NCBI GenBank assembly: GCA_032718475.1
Contig: JAUCBJ010001973.1
Span: 1-64,000, forward strand
Reading direction: 5' to 3'
Length of the DNA: 64,000 nt
DNA from: Nemertoderma westbladi
Lineage: Eukaryota; Animalia; Xenacoelomorpha
The notes under the pieces are model-generated. The model searched no databases. It saw nothing but the letters and a program-made list of their open reading frames with translations, and was not told the origin of the DNA. This document shows positions 46,080 to 59,680 of the stretch, piece by piece. Position 1 is the first letter of the stretch. Each line of letters begins with the position of its first letter. A program made the position numbers and the translations under genes.

Positions 46080-48260
46080 TTTCAGGTTTCAAGGGGCGCT
46101 GATTCTAATGGAATACATTTGTAAATTACCAGATCATTACTACTGTACCCGTATTTTTCGGCGTAATATCGCAAATTTTGGTGCTAGCACCAAATTTCTT
46201 ACCCACCACAAAAAAGTAGAATTTTGAGATGTCTAGTGATGTTTTTATTGATTCCATTGGATTCAGGACCCTCATAAACCCGTATAACGCAAGAAACAAG
46301 ATGATACTATCTATTGATAAATTTTTACTTATTCCATTCCATTCAGAACCATCATAAACCCGTATAACGCAAGAAACAAGGTGACGCAATCAATTAATAT
46401 ATTTTGATGGTTTTTAATATTTGGTGTTGCTCCAAATTTTGCTCCCACTTCCGAAAAAAACAAGTATAAAAGTTTCACTGCGGGGGTTTTTATGGTCGGT
46501 GATTTCATTTCCGGTGTTATCTTTCCTGTTCGACGGAGTTCAGTAAGTCTATAAATTTGTCTGGTTTTCAAGACAGACATACCGACAGACAGACAGACTT
46601 ACATACGTTCTAGATTCTGTCAAACCTAAAATCAAAATTGTCTTCAGAAATGAAATCGGCGACTAGGAGAACCCCCATATCAGAAATTTTGTTAAGGTGA
46701 TTGTTCGCGCTTTTAGACCTTTAACAGTTTAACCTGCTAATTTATATGTCTAATAATACCTGACAGTCCATACAAATGAACACAACCGAAGCCAGTCTAG
46801 CGCGGCGTATGACCCACCGGATGTGGGAGACTAGATCCGATGGCAGAGAGAGCCGTAGGACACATGTATGATTCGATTGGTCTTTATAATATATAATCTC
46901 CAAAAACTATGCTTATTTTCAGTTAAATACTAACAGTTCCTTTTAGGGTGCCGCGCTTTAAATACCACGCAGAGATATGACTTATACTAATTACAACGGG
47001 CGGGCATGAGATGACGCAAATGTTTACATTCTTTAGAGGGATGTATTATTAATCGTCACACTCCCACAATGGACAATAGTACTGAAACACGCTAATTTGC
47101 CAATGGTCACCAATTTTACTCGCATATAAGGATAAATTTAACTCACGAACGTTGTTGGGGACTATGAAACAGGGACTATAAACTCATACAAACCACTGTT
47201 ATTTGAACTAGGCAATTGTGAATAGTATCCCCCCCCCCCCCCCCCCCGCCTTACCTCAATAAATCATGAAAACCAAGAGATCTACCGGTTATACGTAAGT
47301 ATTCTCCAACTATTAGCATTAATCCATAGTTTACAAATTACAATATATCATAACAGCATAAAACAGTATAAAATGCGGTTTTGTTGCGGCAATATCAGCA
47401 GTCAGACGCCAGACAGTCAGGATGTGTTGCAGTGAAAGTATGTAAGATGGACGTGTGGTGTGGAAAGTATGAAAACGTTTAATAGATTTGCGTTCAGTGA
47501 TCTCTCTGGCCGCTGATGTTTCTGGGCGAAAAGTCAGGAAGTGTATAAACACTCACACTGAATGGTTGCAGTAATGTCCTTGCCTGAAGTAGTCAACAAG
47601 GCATGAATCACCATCGAACGTCGTAGAATCCATGGAATCCGGCAGAACTCCGATCAGGAATCCGTAACCAGCCACCCGTCCGTAACCAAGGGATCCCGTA
47701 ATTCAGGCTATGGCGTGACGTACAAGGGAAAGTATACTGATTGGACGGTAAATAACACAGAGGCAGGGAGACAAAGATAAATACTGTCCAATGGCTGATG
47801 ATTTCGTAATCTCAGCAGCTGGGTTTCTCTAAGAGTGTACGATAAAGCTGTATACTTAGAATAAACGCTGGAGGGAGTAAGTTTATACACACACGCATAA
47901 AATATAAAAGTTCTTAAGGGTTTTTAAGGGTTTTTAAGGTTTAGAGTAACCAGCGCATTGTGTAAAAGGGACATTTTAGCCGCAAAAGCTTTAACAGTGA
48001 TTATATTATCCTCCTTATATTATGACTGACAGACAGACAGAAATAAAAACAGACAATCAGACATTATAGATTCAGTCAAATATTAAAATTGACATCGGAA
48101 ATGGAATCAGCGACTATATCATAAATACAGTTTGAGACTGACTGTCAGTCAGTCAGACAGACAGACAGAAAGACAGACAAACAGGCAGTCCAGATGTCAT
48201 CAAACATTAAAACAGATATCAGAAATGAAATCAGCGACTACGAAAACCCCCCAAATCGTA
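46080..48260. mobile_element. Helentron/DINE-1-like non-autonomous sequence with (CAGA)n microsatellites, interrupted by a solo LTR
   Basis: Repeated gaaatgaaatc[ag]gcgact...aacccc motifs (~46647, ~48098, ~48222) and cagacagacag runs; assignment is by resemblance. Confidence 0.5.
46702..47996 (-). mobile_element. Solo LTR (1295 bp) of a family related to BEL/Pao element 3, 5-bp TSD GTGAT
   Basis: gtgat|TGTTCGCGCTTTTAGACC ... CGCAAAAGCTTTAACA|gtgat; both ends match 50475-51630. Confidence 0.92.
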
Positions 48261-48766
48261 CGTAACTTTAGGTTTGCGGGTGTAGTTTATTACATTTTGG
48301 CTTATTTTTTAAATTTCCCGCGATTTATATAAAATTATCGGGAAGGTTTGAAAACTTTAAATGCGTTTTTCTCCGCATTTAATTTTTTGTGTAATTTGGA
48401 GACAAAATAATGTATCTTTTTCTCGAGAACGACTTGATGGTTTTTGCTGAAATTTGGCAGCAGGTTTGTTGTTCTGATACACAATTGTGGAACCTCTAAA
48501 AACATATGTTTAAAACAATTATCAAATGTATTTCTAATATAAACTTTGAAAATGTGCCAATTTATGGGATGATTCTAAATTAGGAAAACACTAGTAAAAC
48601 AGTAAAACACTAGGAAAACATAGGAAAAGTACTGTAAAACACACGGAAAACAGTGAAAATATTGATCAGCAGGGAATTTAACACATGTACTTCTCCGAAT
48701 TGACAATCCTAAATGTACTCCTCGCATAGCACCCCTTAAGTAATCACCGTAAAACATAGGGAAAAC

Positions 48767-49528
48767 ACTATAAAAACACTATAAACCTTCCAGAAAACAG
48801 TGAAAAAATTGATTAGCATTAAATTTTACCTATATGCTGCAAAAAAATAAATTGAAAGAGTCTAATACTGCCCAGAAAGCTTGTTGCCAGGCAACCAAAG
48901 AACTGTAACCAATCAGCATACGGTGCAGTATCAGTACAGCAACACTATCGTTGTTTTACCGGTCAGTCGGTAGAGGCGCAAAGTACCAGTATTGCTGTAT
49001 TCTGGTAGGCATATTACCTGATTACAGATTACAGTATTAGTGCTGTAGTGCATTAGTGTAATGCTGTAATGTAATGTAATGCTCTAATGTCCCAAGGCTA
49101 TGGCACTATCTCTGTAACCAGGCTGCCATGCTGTCTTAATACTGTAATGCTTACCGGTACTACTCAGCTACTAAATATAGAAATATTTACAGCTTTAACT
49201 AACCCTAACAATACTGCAATATTTGAATACTGGAATACACTACTGCACTACAGCACTAATACTGTAATCTGTAATCAGGTAATAGGCCTACCAGAATACA
49301 GCAATACTGGTACTTTGCGCCTCTACCGACTGACCGGTAAAACAAGGATAGTACTGCTGTACTGATACTGCACCGTAACTGATTTGTTACAGTTCTTTGG
49401 TTGCCTGGCAACAAGCTTTCTGGGCAGTATTAGACTCTTTCAATTTATTTTCTTGCAGCATATAGGTAAAATTTAATGCTGATCAATTTTTTCACTGTTT
49501 TCCGGAAGGTTTATAGTGTTTTTATAGT
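48767..49528. repeat. Foldback: ~293-bp near-perfect inverted repeats (48767-49060 / 49236-49528) around a ~175-bp spacer
   Basis: e.g. ctgcccagaaagcttgttgccaggcaaccaaagaactgtaac versus gttacagttctttggttgcctggcaacaagctttctgggcag. Confidence 0.95.
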
Positions 49529-49559
49529 AGGATTTTAGAGTAGGTTTTATATGGGTATA

Positions 49560-50474
49560 TATACAGGAGCTCTATACAAGACTGTAATGCATTTACACTT
49601 CGACCCTTCTCCAGTGATCACCGCCTTATTGTGGCCAAGGTAAGACTTAGTCTGCGTGCTAGCAGAACAACGAAATCTGCCTTGCCGCGGCATGACTGGT
49701 CCTCTCTGTTGCAACAGCCAAGTGTGAGATCCAGCTTCACACTACAGCTGAGCAATAGGTATGAGGCTCTTGCCTCTGAGGCGGCAGATCACTGTGAGGG
49801 CTATACTGCCTTTACAGAAGCAGTTAAGTTAGCAGCTGCAGAAACAGTTCCTGTATACCCTCGAAACTGGAAAAGGGCCCCCTGGACTGACAACAAAATT
49901 CAGAAGTGCCGAAATGACCTTCATAAGGCGCAGAAAGAGTCCCGACTCAAACAGACTACAGTGGCCAAGAATGCAGTTAAGGCTGCATCTAGGTCCCTGA
50001 ACAGGCAGTACTCTGTTAATATACAGGAGCTAATAAACCAACAGGTTGATGCCATCAATGATGCTGACGACAGCAGGCAATCATCCCAGGCATGGAAATC
50101 GATCAATCTGCTTACTGGGTGGAAAAGCCAACCAACCACCAAGGTTAAGGCTGAATCACCAGCCGATCGCCTCAATGGTTGGAAAGCCCACTTTGAAAAG
50201 CTCCTCAATAATGACAGGGTATTGCCTGATAACTTTATAGAAGTAAAAGTGTCTGAGTCTGTACTCCCAGATATTCCCATTGGCGATATCTCCTTTGCAG
50301 AAGTGAAGGCTGCTGCAAAGAGCATTAAGACCAATCGTGCCAGTGGAGTAGATGGTGTTCCCCCTGAGGTCTTTAAAATACCTGAGTGTTTAAAGCTCAT
50401 CTATCCCATCATAGTAGACATGTACCGAACAACAAGAGTCCCACAAGAAATGAAAACAAATAACTTGGTGCCAG
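49560..50474 (+). mobile_element. RTE-clade LINE fragment (end of APE, linker, start of RT), cut by the LTR at 50475
   Basis: SSDHRLIVAKVRL; F.LQLSNRYEAL; WKAHFEKLLN; KTNRASGVDGVPPEVFK; stops at LVP where the LTR begins. Confidence 0.88.
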
Positions 50475-51630
50475 TGTTCGCGCTTTTAGACCTTAGGCAG
50501 TTTAACCCGCCTAATTTAGGTGTCTTTTAGTTTGTAAATCGACTTTAGCCTATGACGAGTATTTGATACACTACATTAGCCGAAGCCAGCCTATGCGCGA
50601 CCATTCACCCGCTGGATATACCCGGGAGACTGGATTCGGGGGCTCTGACTTTATTGCGGTGTAGGCCTACTGTATTATTCGATTGATCGTTAATATATAA
50701 TCTCTGACAAATATTATTCACTTTCGGGAAATACTAACAGTTCCTTTAGGACGTGGCGCTCTAAATATATAAACAGAGTTACGACTTACACTAAACACAA
50801 CGGGATGGCTATTGATTCACGTATAAGGCGCATTCTTTAGGAGATGCTTAGTTATCTGTCCCAATCATGCACACTACCGGTATCGCACAATACTGCACAC
50901 TGATCTGCCGACCTTTACTAATTTTAGTCACATATAAAGAGAACAGCAATTGACCCATGTAATGCCTATGAAATAGCATTAGATTCACTCCAAAACCAAT
51001 ATCATATAAGTCGCAATTGCTATATGTAACCGGTCTCTTACCTTCAGTATATCAAGAAGATGGGGTTTTATGATTATTTATCGATATTATCCAAATATAA
51101 CAATCTTCCATCAACTAATACAATTAATAAACACTGACAATAAATAGCAGTAAAATAATGCGGTGTGTAAGTTTGAGGTTCGATAACAGTTATACGTTCC
51201 GGTAATCAAAGCCGTTCTAATGTTTGGCTAAAGTCTGAAACACAGAATAATTCCATAGCCGATGTTCTGGCATCAGGAAAACCAACACAACTGAAACCTG
51301 TGGGCTGTTGTAGGTAGCTTTCAACACAAAGAGAAATAGCTCTCATTGGCAGAACTCCGGATTCTATAGGTTCCACGAATGTCTAAATGCCAAACCTCCC
51401 TAGCCTTTGCAGCCCATATCCAACACAAGGCTAAATCGCTCTGATTGGTCGATCATTGTTCTGATTGGTTGATCGAACAGAACAAAGAGGCCATACACGT
51501 ACAGCAAATCAGCCAATCAGCCAGCAAACTGCGTCACTCGAGCCAGGCAGTTTTAGAGTATTTGAGCGCATTGAGGGAAAACTGGATTGCGGAGAAAAAG
51601 GGCCAGTTACATCCCGCAAAAGCTTTTACA
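50475..51630 (-). repeat. 3' LTR of BEL/Pao element 3 (1156 bp)
   Basis: Minus strand TGTAAAAGCTTTTGCG...AAAAGCGCGAACA; ends homologous to the TSD-flanked solo LTR; PPT at 51631-51639. Confidence 0.9.
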
Positions 51631-51699
51631 CCGCTCCCAGAAAATGGGATTTAATTCTATAAAATATAAAAATCACAGTTTCTAAAATATAAAAATACT

Positions 51700-53230
51700 C
51701 TAAACAGTTAGTCTTTCTTGCGCGGACGGCGTTTACGCAGTTTTTTGAGGCTAGCAAGAGTCCTTTTCTCTTTGGGGCGAGCCACTTTACTAGGAGGGCT
51801 ATAACTCCTGGGCGAAGGGTGCAATACAATTGCATCAGAAGGTTTAGGGTTACGGTCGGTGTCTCGTCCATTTCGATGTGCTTCTCCTCGAGCTGATTTT
51901 CCTCCGCTTGTCGTTGGATGTGTCCGTCCAAAAATTCTCGTGGAGAATAGGGTCGTCCAAGTTCGATAACTTCTTAGAGATTCTGGATTTCCCGATCGAA
52001 CTGAGATAAAGTTACTTTGTTTACCGCTTGGACTTGCTAGTGCAATTTACGTTTATCTGAACAAGCGTAGGTTCCTTTTCTGATCTTTTATAGAATAGCG
52101 TCTAACGCGTTTGGTACTACGCTCTCCTCCACTTTGGTGACAGGTTATATCGGTGTTAAACGGGACGATGGTAAGGGTTATAAGGCGATATTAAATGTCC
52201 GCGTCCCAATCCGGCTAGGTAGGATGGGCTAATATCTAGGAAGCCCACAACCGGGGTGCCACCGAGTAATTGTTCAGGTAACACTAGATCTTTGAACAGT
52301 GAGTACAGCTCGGGAGGATCCGTCATACTAATAGGATCAAGAGTCTGAGGTCTCACTAGGGAATGAGGAGGTCTGATCGAGTATTCCGGAACTCTGATCA
52401 TTGGTTTATCCAAGGATCGTCTGAGTCGAACGAGCGCAGACGACACGCCAAACAAACCTCGCTCGAAACTCCCGCAAGCATAGCGAGTAAAACCGTGTTT
52501 AGCGCAATGTCTCCGCGGATGTTTGTCTTTCCGTTTGTTGGTTGGGTCTAGGGCATTCATCGCTATAATACCAAAGACGCACGTCTTGTAGGGGAAACGC
52601 GAGTGATCTTTCTCCAGTTTACAATATTCCTCCATATGTTCGAAGCTATCCGGTATAACAGGTAGCGGTCGATCGGCTGTAAGATACATCATAGTGGAAT
52701 AGAGCCGTTTGAGTTCTACCATGCGGTCATGATGTATACCTTGAGGATATCGAGTTTCTAGATTCTGTTGACTGGTAATATTGAGATATGTTTCTCTCAA
52801 GAATTCCAGAAATTTATTGAAGTCGCTGCGTTTATCCGGCTCTTCAACATCTTCACTTTCGAGTCGGTTTCGAATAGAATTTTCGTGTTAGAGTCTCAGT
52901 TTATCGTTCCGCTTCCGCTGGGTATGATATTTAAATAAAACCATTTCCCTTTCGGTGTCTATATCGTTCGTATCGTGTAGGTCGATAGGATGACCAGTAG
53001 TTAAGAAGTCCATATACGTACCATTTACGATGCGTATAGCGAGTGGTGAATTTTCTATAGTCCAACTCACGCGTAAGTTGCTCCTGGGACATTGGCGGTT
53101 CGATATAACAACCATCGTCCTCCGTAGTAGTTGGACCAGCGTCGCCGCGTATCAAGCTATCAACAAACGCTTGTAAAGGTAGAGTATATCGCTCCCTGAT
53201 ATCAAGATCATCTTCTATCAACTCAGTCAT
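51700..53230 (-). pseudogene. Accessory ORF of unknown function between integrase and 3' LTR of element 3 (frameshifted)
   Basis: Contiguous sense-strand ORF pieces 52931-53230, 52888-53115, 52156-52800 and 51626-51931; no recognised domain. Confidence 0.55.
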
Positions 53231-53554
53231 ATCTGCTATATGAGTTTATTAATATTATAATGAGTTTATATTTAGGCTAGCAGGCGTCGCTGCCTACCCC
53301 TCTCTGCCCCCGGACAGTGCGAGATTCTCAGCGCCGATGTATCGTCGTCTCTGTGTTTTTGCCAACATGTAGCCACACCACGACAACGATAACCGGCACA
53401 AGTCACTCCACTGTCCGTCCCAAAGGCTTAGATTTACTTCAGGTTCTTACTGCAGAGTTAGGGTTACTTTCACAATTGCAATTCACATTCACCTACAAAC
53501 GCACAAATTCCACATAACTGTCACAAATGGTACACATTCTATCACACATTCGGG

Positions 53555-56030
53555 TCATTTGTCCGTTAGTCAAGTGCCTTCCAGAATGTCACGTTGTTAT
53601 TATGTATCCTTGGATACTAGCGGTGTGCTATTTATTCCGTATGCTATTCAATGAGCAAGCTTTTTATTGTTCTGTTAACTCGCTTCTAATTCTAGCGTGG
53701 TTGTTGCCATGGTGACATTATGGAAAGCTAGCGGTAGAATTAGGGTAATTCTCATGCATACAGATCTGGGATGCTATTTAATAGTAATTCTTTAATGGTC
53801 CAATATCTCGTTTATATATGATTTTATAAATTTTATCGGCTATTCACTCATACATGGGAGATTCTCACACTCTAACACACTTAATAGGATGAATCTCCGC
53901 TCCCGTGATCTATTAATTAATGGGATTTTGGGAATGTTATAAATTGCACAGAATGACAATTTATTAAATTCATTAAAATATGAATTTAAATTTATTCCCT
54001 GAAATTTTATTATTTGATAGTACAATTGACACAATTTGATTCCAGAGCAGGTCTGGGGACATAGGATCCTTAATTCTATGAAAATTGTCTTTTAAGAGTA
54101 TCGGTAAGTGCTACGATATCTTAATCGACTAGAATTGTTAAAGGATCTGAATTTTACAGATTTTGATTTATAGATTTGTAAATATTAAATAATTAATATT
54201 TGAGATGGGCACCAATTTATTCCAGAACTTGTCTGGGGACGTTAACCACTGATTCTAGAATTTTGTCTTTCAAGTATATCGGTGGGTGCCGCGATATCTT
54301 AATCGACTAGAATTGCAGATGGTCAAAGGGTTTAACAGATTTATTTTGCGTTTTACGCTACTGTTAAAGGGACATCACGCTACTATATGTATTATTTAAT
54401 ATACGGTATGAGAGCAATATCGCACGAAGCAATGTCAGTGAGAAGAGGCAAGTCGTTTCCAAGGTCTACCCAGAGCTTGGTTTAGCCGAGACACGAGGAT
54501 CTGAACTTTGCATTCCTAATACTCTGCTTACCAATAATACTTAAATATAGTAGGAGCTTTATTGTACTTTAATAAGTACGGATATTTCATCTTACTGTAG
54601 TCACGTATTTATAATATGATACGGACAGTAAGGAAAGAGAAAAATAATTATTTCTCGCCGTCGCACTAAATATAATATACATAATTAACTAATAAACGCG
54701 AATATATTGCACTAATCTACTAAATAATCGCTAAAATAACATTCAACTAAATAAAATTAAAGAAAACGATTATAATAAAATTACATAATAATACATACAT
54801 AATCATTTGTCCGTTAGTCAAGTGCTTTCCAGAATGTCACGTTGTTATTATGTATCCTTGGATACTAGCGGTGTGCTATTTATTCCGTATGCTATTCAAT
54901 GAACAAGCCTTTTATTGTTCTGTTAACTCGCTTCTAATTCTAGCGTGTTGTTGCTATGGTGACATTATGGAAAGCTAGCAGTAGAATTAGGGTAATTCTC
55001 ATGCATACAGATCTGGGATGCTATTTAATAGTAATTCTTTAATTGTCCATATCCCTCTTTATATATGATTTTATGAATTTTATCGGCTATTGACTATATA
55101 TTGGAGATTCTCGCACACTAATACACTTAATAGGGTGAATCTCCGCTCCCATGATCTATTAATTAATGGAATTTTGGGAATGTTATAAATTGTACAAAAT
55201 GACAATTTATCAAATTCATTAAAAGAGATGAATTAGCATTTATTCCCGTAAATTTTATTATTTAATATTAAAATATACACAATTTTATTCCAGAACAAGT
55301 CTGGGGACTGGGATCCTGAATTCTATGAGTTTTTAAGAGTATCGGTAAGTGCTACGATATCTTAATCGACTAGAATTTTAAAGGATCTGAAATTTGACAG
55401 ATTTTATAAATATTAATAATTAATATTTAGGATGGGCACCGGTTTATTCCAGAACATGTCTGGGGACGTTAACCACTGATTCTAAAAATTTGTCTTTCAA
55501 GTATATCGGTGGGTGCCGCGATATCTTAATCGACTAGAATTGCAGATGGTCAAAGGGTTTAACAGATTTATTTTGCGTTTTACGCTACTGTTAAAGGGAC
55601 ATCACGCTACTATATGTATTATTTAATGTACGGTATGAGAGCAATATCGCACGAAGCAATGTCAGTGAGAAGAGGCAAGTCGTTTCCAAGGTCTACCCAG
55701 AGCTTGGTTTAGCCGAGACACGAGGATCTGAATTTTGCATTCCTAATTCTCTACTTTACCAATAATACTTGAATATAGTAGGAGCTTTATTGTACTTTAA
55801 TAAGTACGGATATTTCATCTTACTGTAGTCACGTATTTATAATGTAATACGGACAGTAAGGAAAGAGAAAAAGAATGATTTCTCGCCGTCACACTAAATA
55901 TATAATATATAAGTAATTAAGTAATAAACACTAATATATTGCACTAATCTACTAAATAATCGCTAAAATAACATTCTACTAAATAAAATTAAAGAAAACG
56001 ATTATAATAAAATTACATAATAATACATAA
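53555..56030. repeat. ~1.25-kb tandem duplication (period 1248) in the 3' non-coding region of element 3, each unit with an internal ~180-bp sub-repeat
   Basis: tcatttgtccgttagtcaagtgc starts at 53555 and 54803; ccaga..nn.tctgggga...gatatcttaatcgactagaatt occurs four times. Confidence 0.95.
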
Positions 56031-56092
56031 ATAATATAAAATAATAAAAATAAATATAAAATAATATAGTCACACACCCACTCCTGACGTTA

Positions 56093-59000
56093 TCACGTTG
56101 GGGAGCCCCTAGATGTTGGTTGGATTAGGGAGGTGGTCGTGGGAAGAGTCGCTTGCTTTCCATAGTTTCCGGAGAGTTCTCTGTCTCTTTCCAGTAAACA
56201 TAAACGACCAACTGGGTGATTGAGCTGCTGTGTCTCGAAGACAATTCCCGGTTTCTTAAAGTTACGTCGCATGACGACGAGTTCCACCGATCGCACCAAA
56301 CCATCATCCGAGATATGAGTCTCGATGATACAACCTGTCTGCCACCGCTTACGTGGAAGGTCGGGATCCACAATAAGGACCATGTCTCCAGCGCTGACGT
56401 TTTCTTGTTGCGCAAACCACTTAGTTCGAAGTTGTAGCATGGGCAGATAATGTTTTTCGAAATGGTCAGCGAAACGACGGGATAACAACTGCATAAGTTG
56501 CCAAGTCTGCCGGCAGTATTCATCTCCGTCTGTGATTTCCGATCGTGGGAGCATGGCTACAGGTTTCTTCAGTAGGAAGTGCGCGGGTGTTAGCGCTTCC
56601 AGGGAATCGGGACTCGATGAGACTGGCATAAGCGGTCTCTCGTTGAGATAGGCGGCGATTTCCTCCATTAACGTCCGTAAAAGTTCGTCGGTGAGATACG
56701 CGCGGCACGGCACTATAAAGTGAAATGCTGCCTTCACGCTCCTGATTAATCTCTCTCAACTTCCTCCCCACCAAGGGGCATCGGCGGCGTTGAAGGTCCA
56801 GCTAGACGCTGTTATCCTTAGCTGATCTTCCACCTGTCTTTGGTTCCAATCTTTGACGTAAGCCTTGATTTCATTGTTGGCACCAATGAAGTTCATTCCC
56901 TTATCAGATTTCATCGTGTTACTAGTTCCAAAGCGAGCGATCTGTCGGCGTAAGCTCAATAGAAAGCTGTTGGTAGATAAATCGTTCACCATATCGAGAT
57001 GGATAGCTCTACAAGTCATACAAACAAAGATGATACACCATCTCTTGACTATAGTCCTAGCACGATATACTTCAATAGGGCCAAATAAATCTACACCGGT
57101 ATTAGTGAAGGGTGGTTCATAGAAGCTTACTCGTTCCCTAGGTAATTCTGCATCTCGCTGTGTTAAAGGCCTACTGAATGCTTTCCTACAGGGTATGCAG
57201 TTCCTAAGAACTTGGTTCAGAGCTCTACGGGGTTTATAAAAATAATAGCGGGTTCGAATTTCGCTAAGACCTCGTTCTCTACCAGCATGATAAAGCTTAC
57301 TGTGAACATCTACAATCATCTTGATTTGTATTTCAAGATTTCTAATGACTATGGGAAACTTAGTGTCAAAGGATAATGGAGCATTAGTTAGTCTTCCTCC
57401 AACGCGTATTAACCCATCTATCATTGTGCTAGAGAAACGATCCCTTAAGCGCATCTGTGGATTTCTCAACAACAGGAAATACTTATTGGAATCCTGATAG
57501 CATTGCAGGAGTCTCAGTATCTGCTTATTGCTTTCTTCATGCTCCGGGTAACTGATCTTCTCCTTTAGAAACCTGTCGGATATCTTGTATTTGGGAAGAT
57601 CTTTCACAACATGGACCTGCGTGGATGTCAGTGGAGCAGTATCACTAGTGGTCTTCGTCCTGGAGTAGTGATGATGAAAACATCGCTTTAAATATGTAAC
57701 GGCCTTACAGAGCCGATTCCAGGAACTATAGTGATGTATCGCTCTCTGCAGGAGGGGTGAGAGTCCTTGCGAGACGTCTGGCGTTCCAGTTTTCCAATCT
57801 CTTTCTCAAATTTCCACAACAGACTTATTTGTGGCGGGGGATTGTGGATCCAAAGCATCGTCTCCGGAAATGTGTAGTACTGACAGATCTATCACAGGTT
57901 TAAATAACTTCGATTTACTCGCCCTGGTTTTAGGTTTGACTTTCTCCGCTCCCTTGGCCTGTCTAATCTCCGCTGTAGTAAGATGAGGAGGCCATTCATC
58001 TTCTTCTTTGCTTAGGAAGTCGGGTCCACCTAACCAGTCTGGAGTATCTATCAGTTCTTGTGGAGTTGCTCCCCTGGAGGCGATGTCTGCTGGATTAATC
58101 GTTCCGGGGCAATGTCTCCATTGATCTATCTTCGTGCGACTAAGAATAATAGCTACTCTGTTGGTAACAAAGACGCTGAACTAAAAGACTTCATTGGTGA
58201 GATACTCCAGCACACTCCAATAAACAGTTTTCTCCAGTGGATAGTCGATCTTTTCTGTTACATTCCGGCCGATGGCTGTAGCGTATAGAGCCGCTTTTAA
58301 CTCCGCTCGGGGAAACTTCAACTTGTTGTTAATCAAGGCCTTGGAGGTAACTAAGGCGACTTTGATTCCATCCGGAGTTTCAACTCTCAGGTAGGCTACT
58401 ATACCTATTCCCATATCGCTGGCATCTCCAAACACATGGAGTTGATAGGAATACGTAGGGAGAACATGACCAAAATAGGAACGGGAAATTATAAAGTTCT
58501 CGATGGCTGGTAGAGAATCTTCCCATTTCATCCACTTCTTTAATAGTTCTCCTTTAAGTGGATCGTCCCATGAATGGTTTTCAAGCCACATTTGTTGTAC
58601 TAAACTCCGAGCAATCAATATAACTGGGCTAATAAATCCCAATGGATCGAAATAAGTGCTCAGGATACTTAAACAAATCCGTTTAGTCCGAACTGGATTA
58701 TCTCGCTGTTTTAGCTGAAAAAACAGGATATCTCTCTCGGTGTCCCATTTCAAACCAAGAGTTTTGGTTTCTGGAAGATCGTTGTTGATTAGGTCTAGGT
58801 CTTTCGCTCCTCGGTCTTCTACCGGAATCGATTCCAGAAACTCACGGGAGTTGCTGGTGAATTTAGTCAATCGAAATCCACCTCTTTTCAAGCACTCTAC
58901 CGTCCCTTTGGCGATGTCAATGGCTTCTTCCACTGATGGGAGGGACTTTAAATTGTCGTCCATGTATATATCCTGTTTGATGTTATCTATCACCTCTTTA

Positions 59001-59680
59001 GAGAAAGCGTCCCGGTTGTCATCAGCAGTGGTTCGCACCACTGAGCAGGCGTTTGAAGGGCTTGAGATGATTCCAAAAGCTTGGATGGTCATCCAGTACT
59101 CCACCGGTTTCTGGTTGAGGTCTCCTTCAGGCTACCACAGAAATCGTAGGCTGTCTCGATCCCTATCCAGCGCCTTGATTTGTAAGAACATACCTTCTAT
59201 ATCGGAGGCGAAAGCGATTGAATATTGTCGTAATCTTAAGAGTATTCCCAACAAGGATTGGAGTAAGTTGGGTCCTGGTAATAACTCGGAAATCAGTGAT
59301 TGGCCCATGTAGAGGGCGGAGCCGTCAAACACTACACATACTTCATGGGCTTTACCGGGTTTGGGAATGTAATGATGTGTTAGATAGTACGTCCTCTCAG
59401 TTATGGGTGTTTCTTCCAGTACTCGCTCCGCTTATCCTTTGGTAATAAATTTCTTCAACTGAGTCTTATACATTTCCTTAGCTGAAGCATTCGCCGTAAG
59501 GCGTCGATGTAACTGCGCAATTCTTTTCTCCGCCAAGGGTCGGCTGTTTATGAATTTAGGTTCCCGTTTTCGAAATGGTAGACCGATTTCATATCTACCT
59601 TGATCTTTAAGAAAACGTGTAGTTGTCTCCTGGATCTGCTTGGCTCTTTCTTCTTCTACCGATAGGGTTCTTCTACCTTC
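56093..59680 (-). pseudogene. BEL/Pao pol: RT, RNase H, integrase, several frameshifts and stops
   Basis: FDGSA...LLPGPNL, ASDIEGMFLQI, YMDD, GGFRLTKF, FDPLGF, HVFGDAS, HAG...CIPC, GVDLFGP, SDKG.NF, PWWGG, NERPL...LTPAHFL, DGLVRSV. Confidence 0.94.

Noticed and set aside
54580-54645. Possible hammerhead ribozyme in the duplicated unit
   Set aside because: A hairpin is present, but the CUGANGA...GAAA core was not found on either strand
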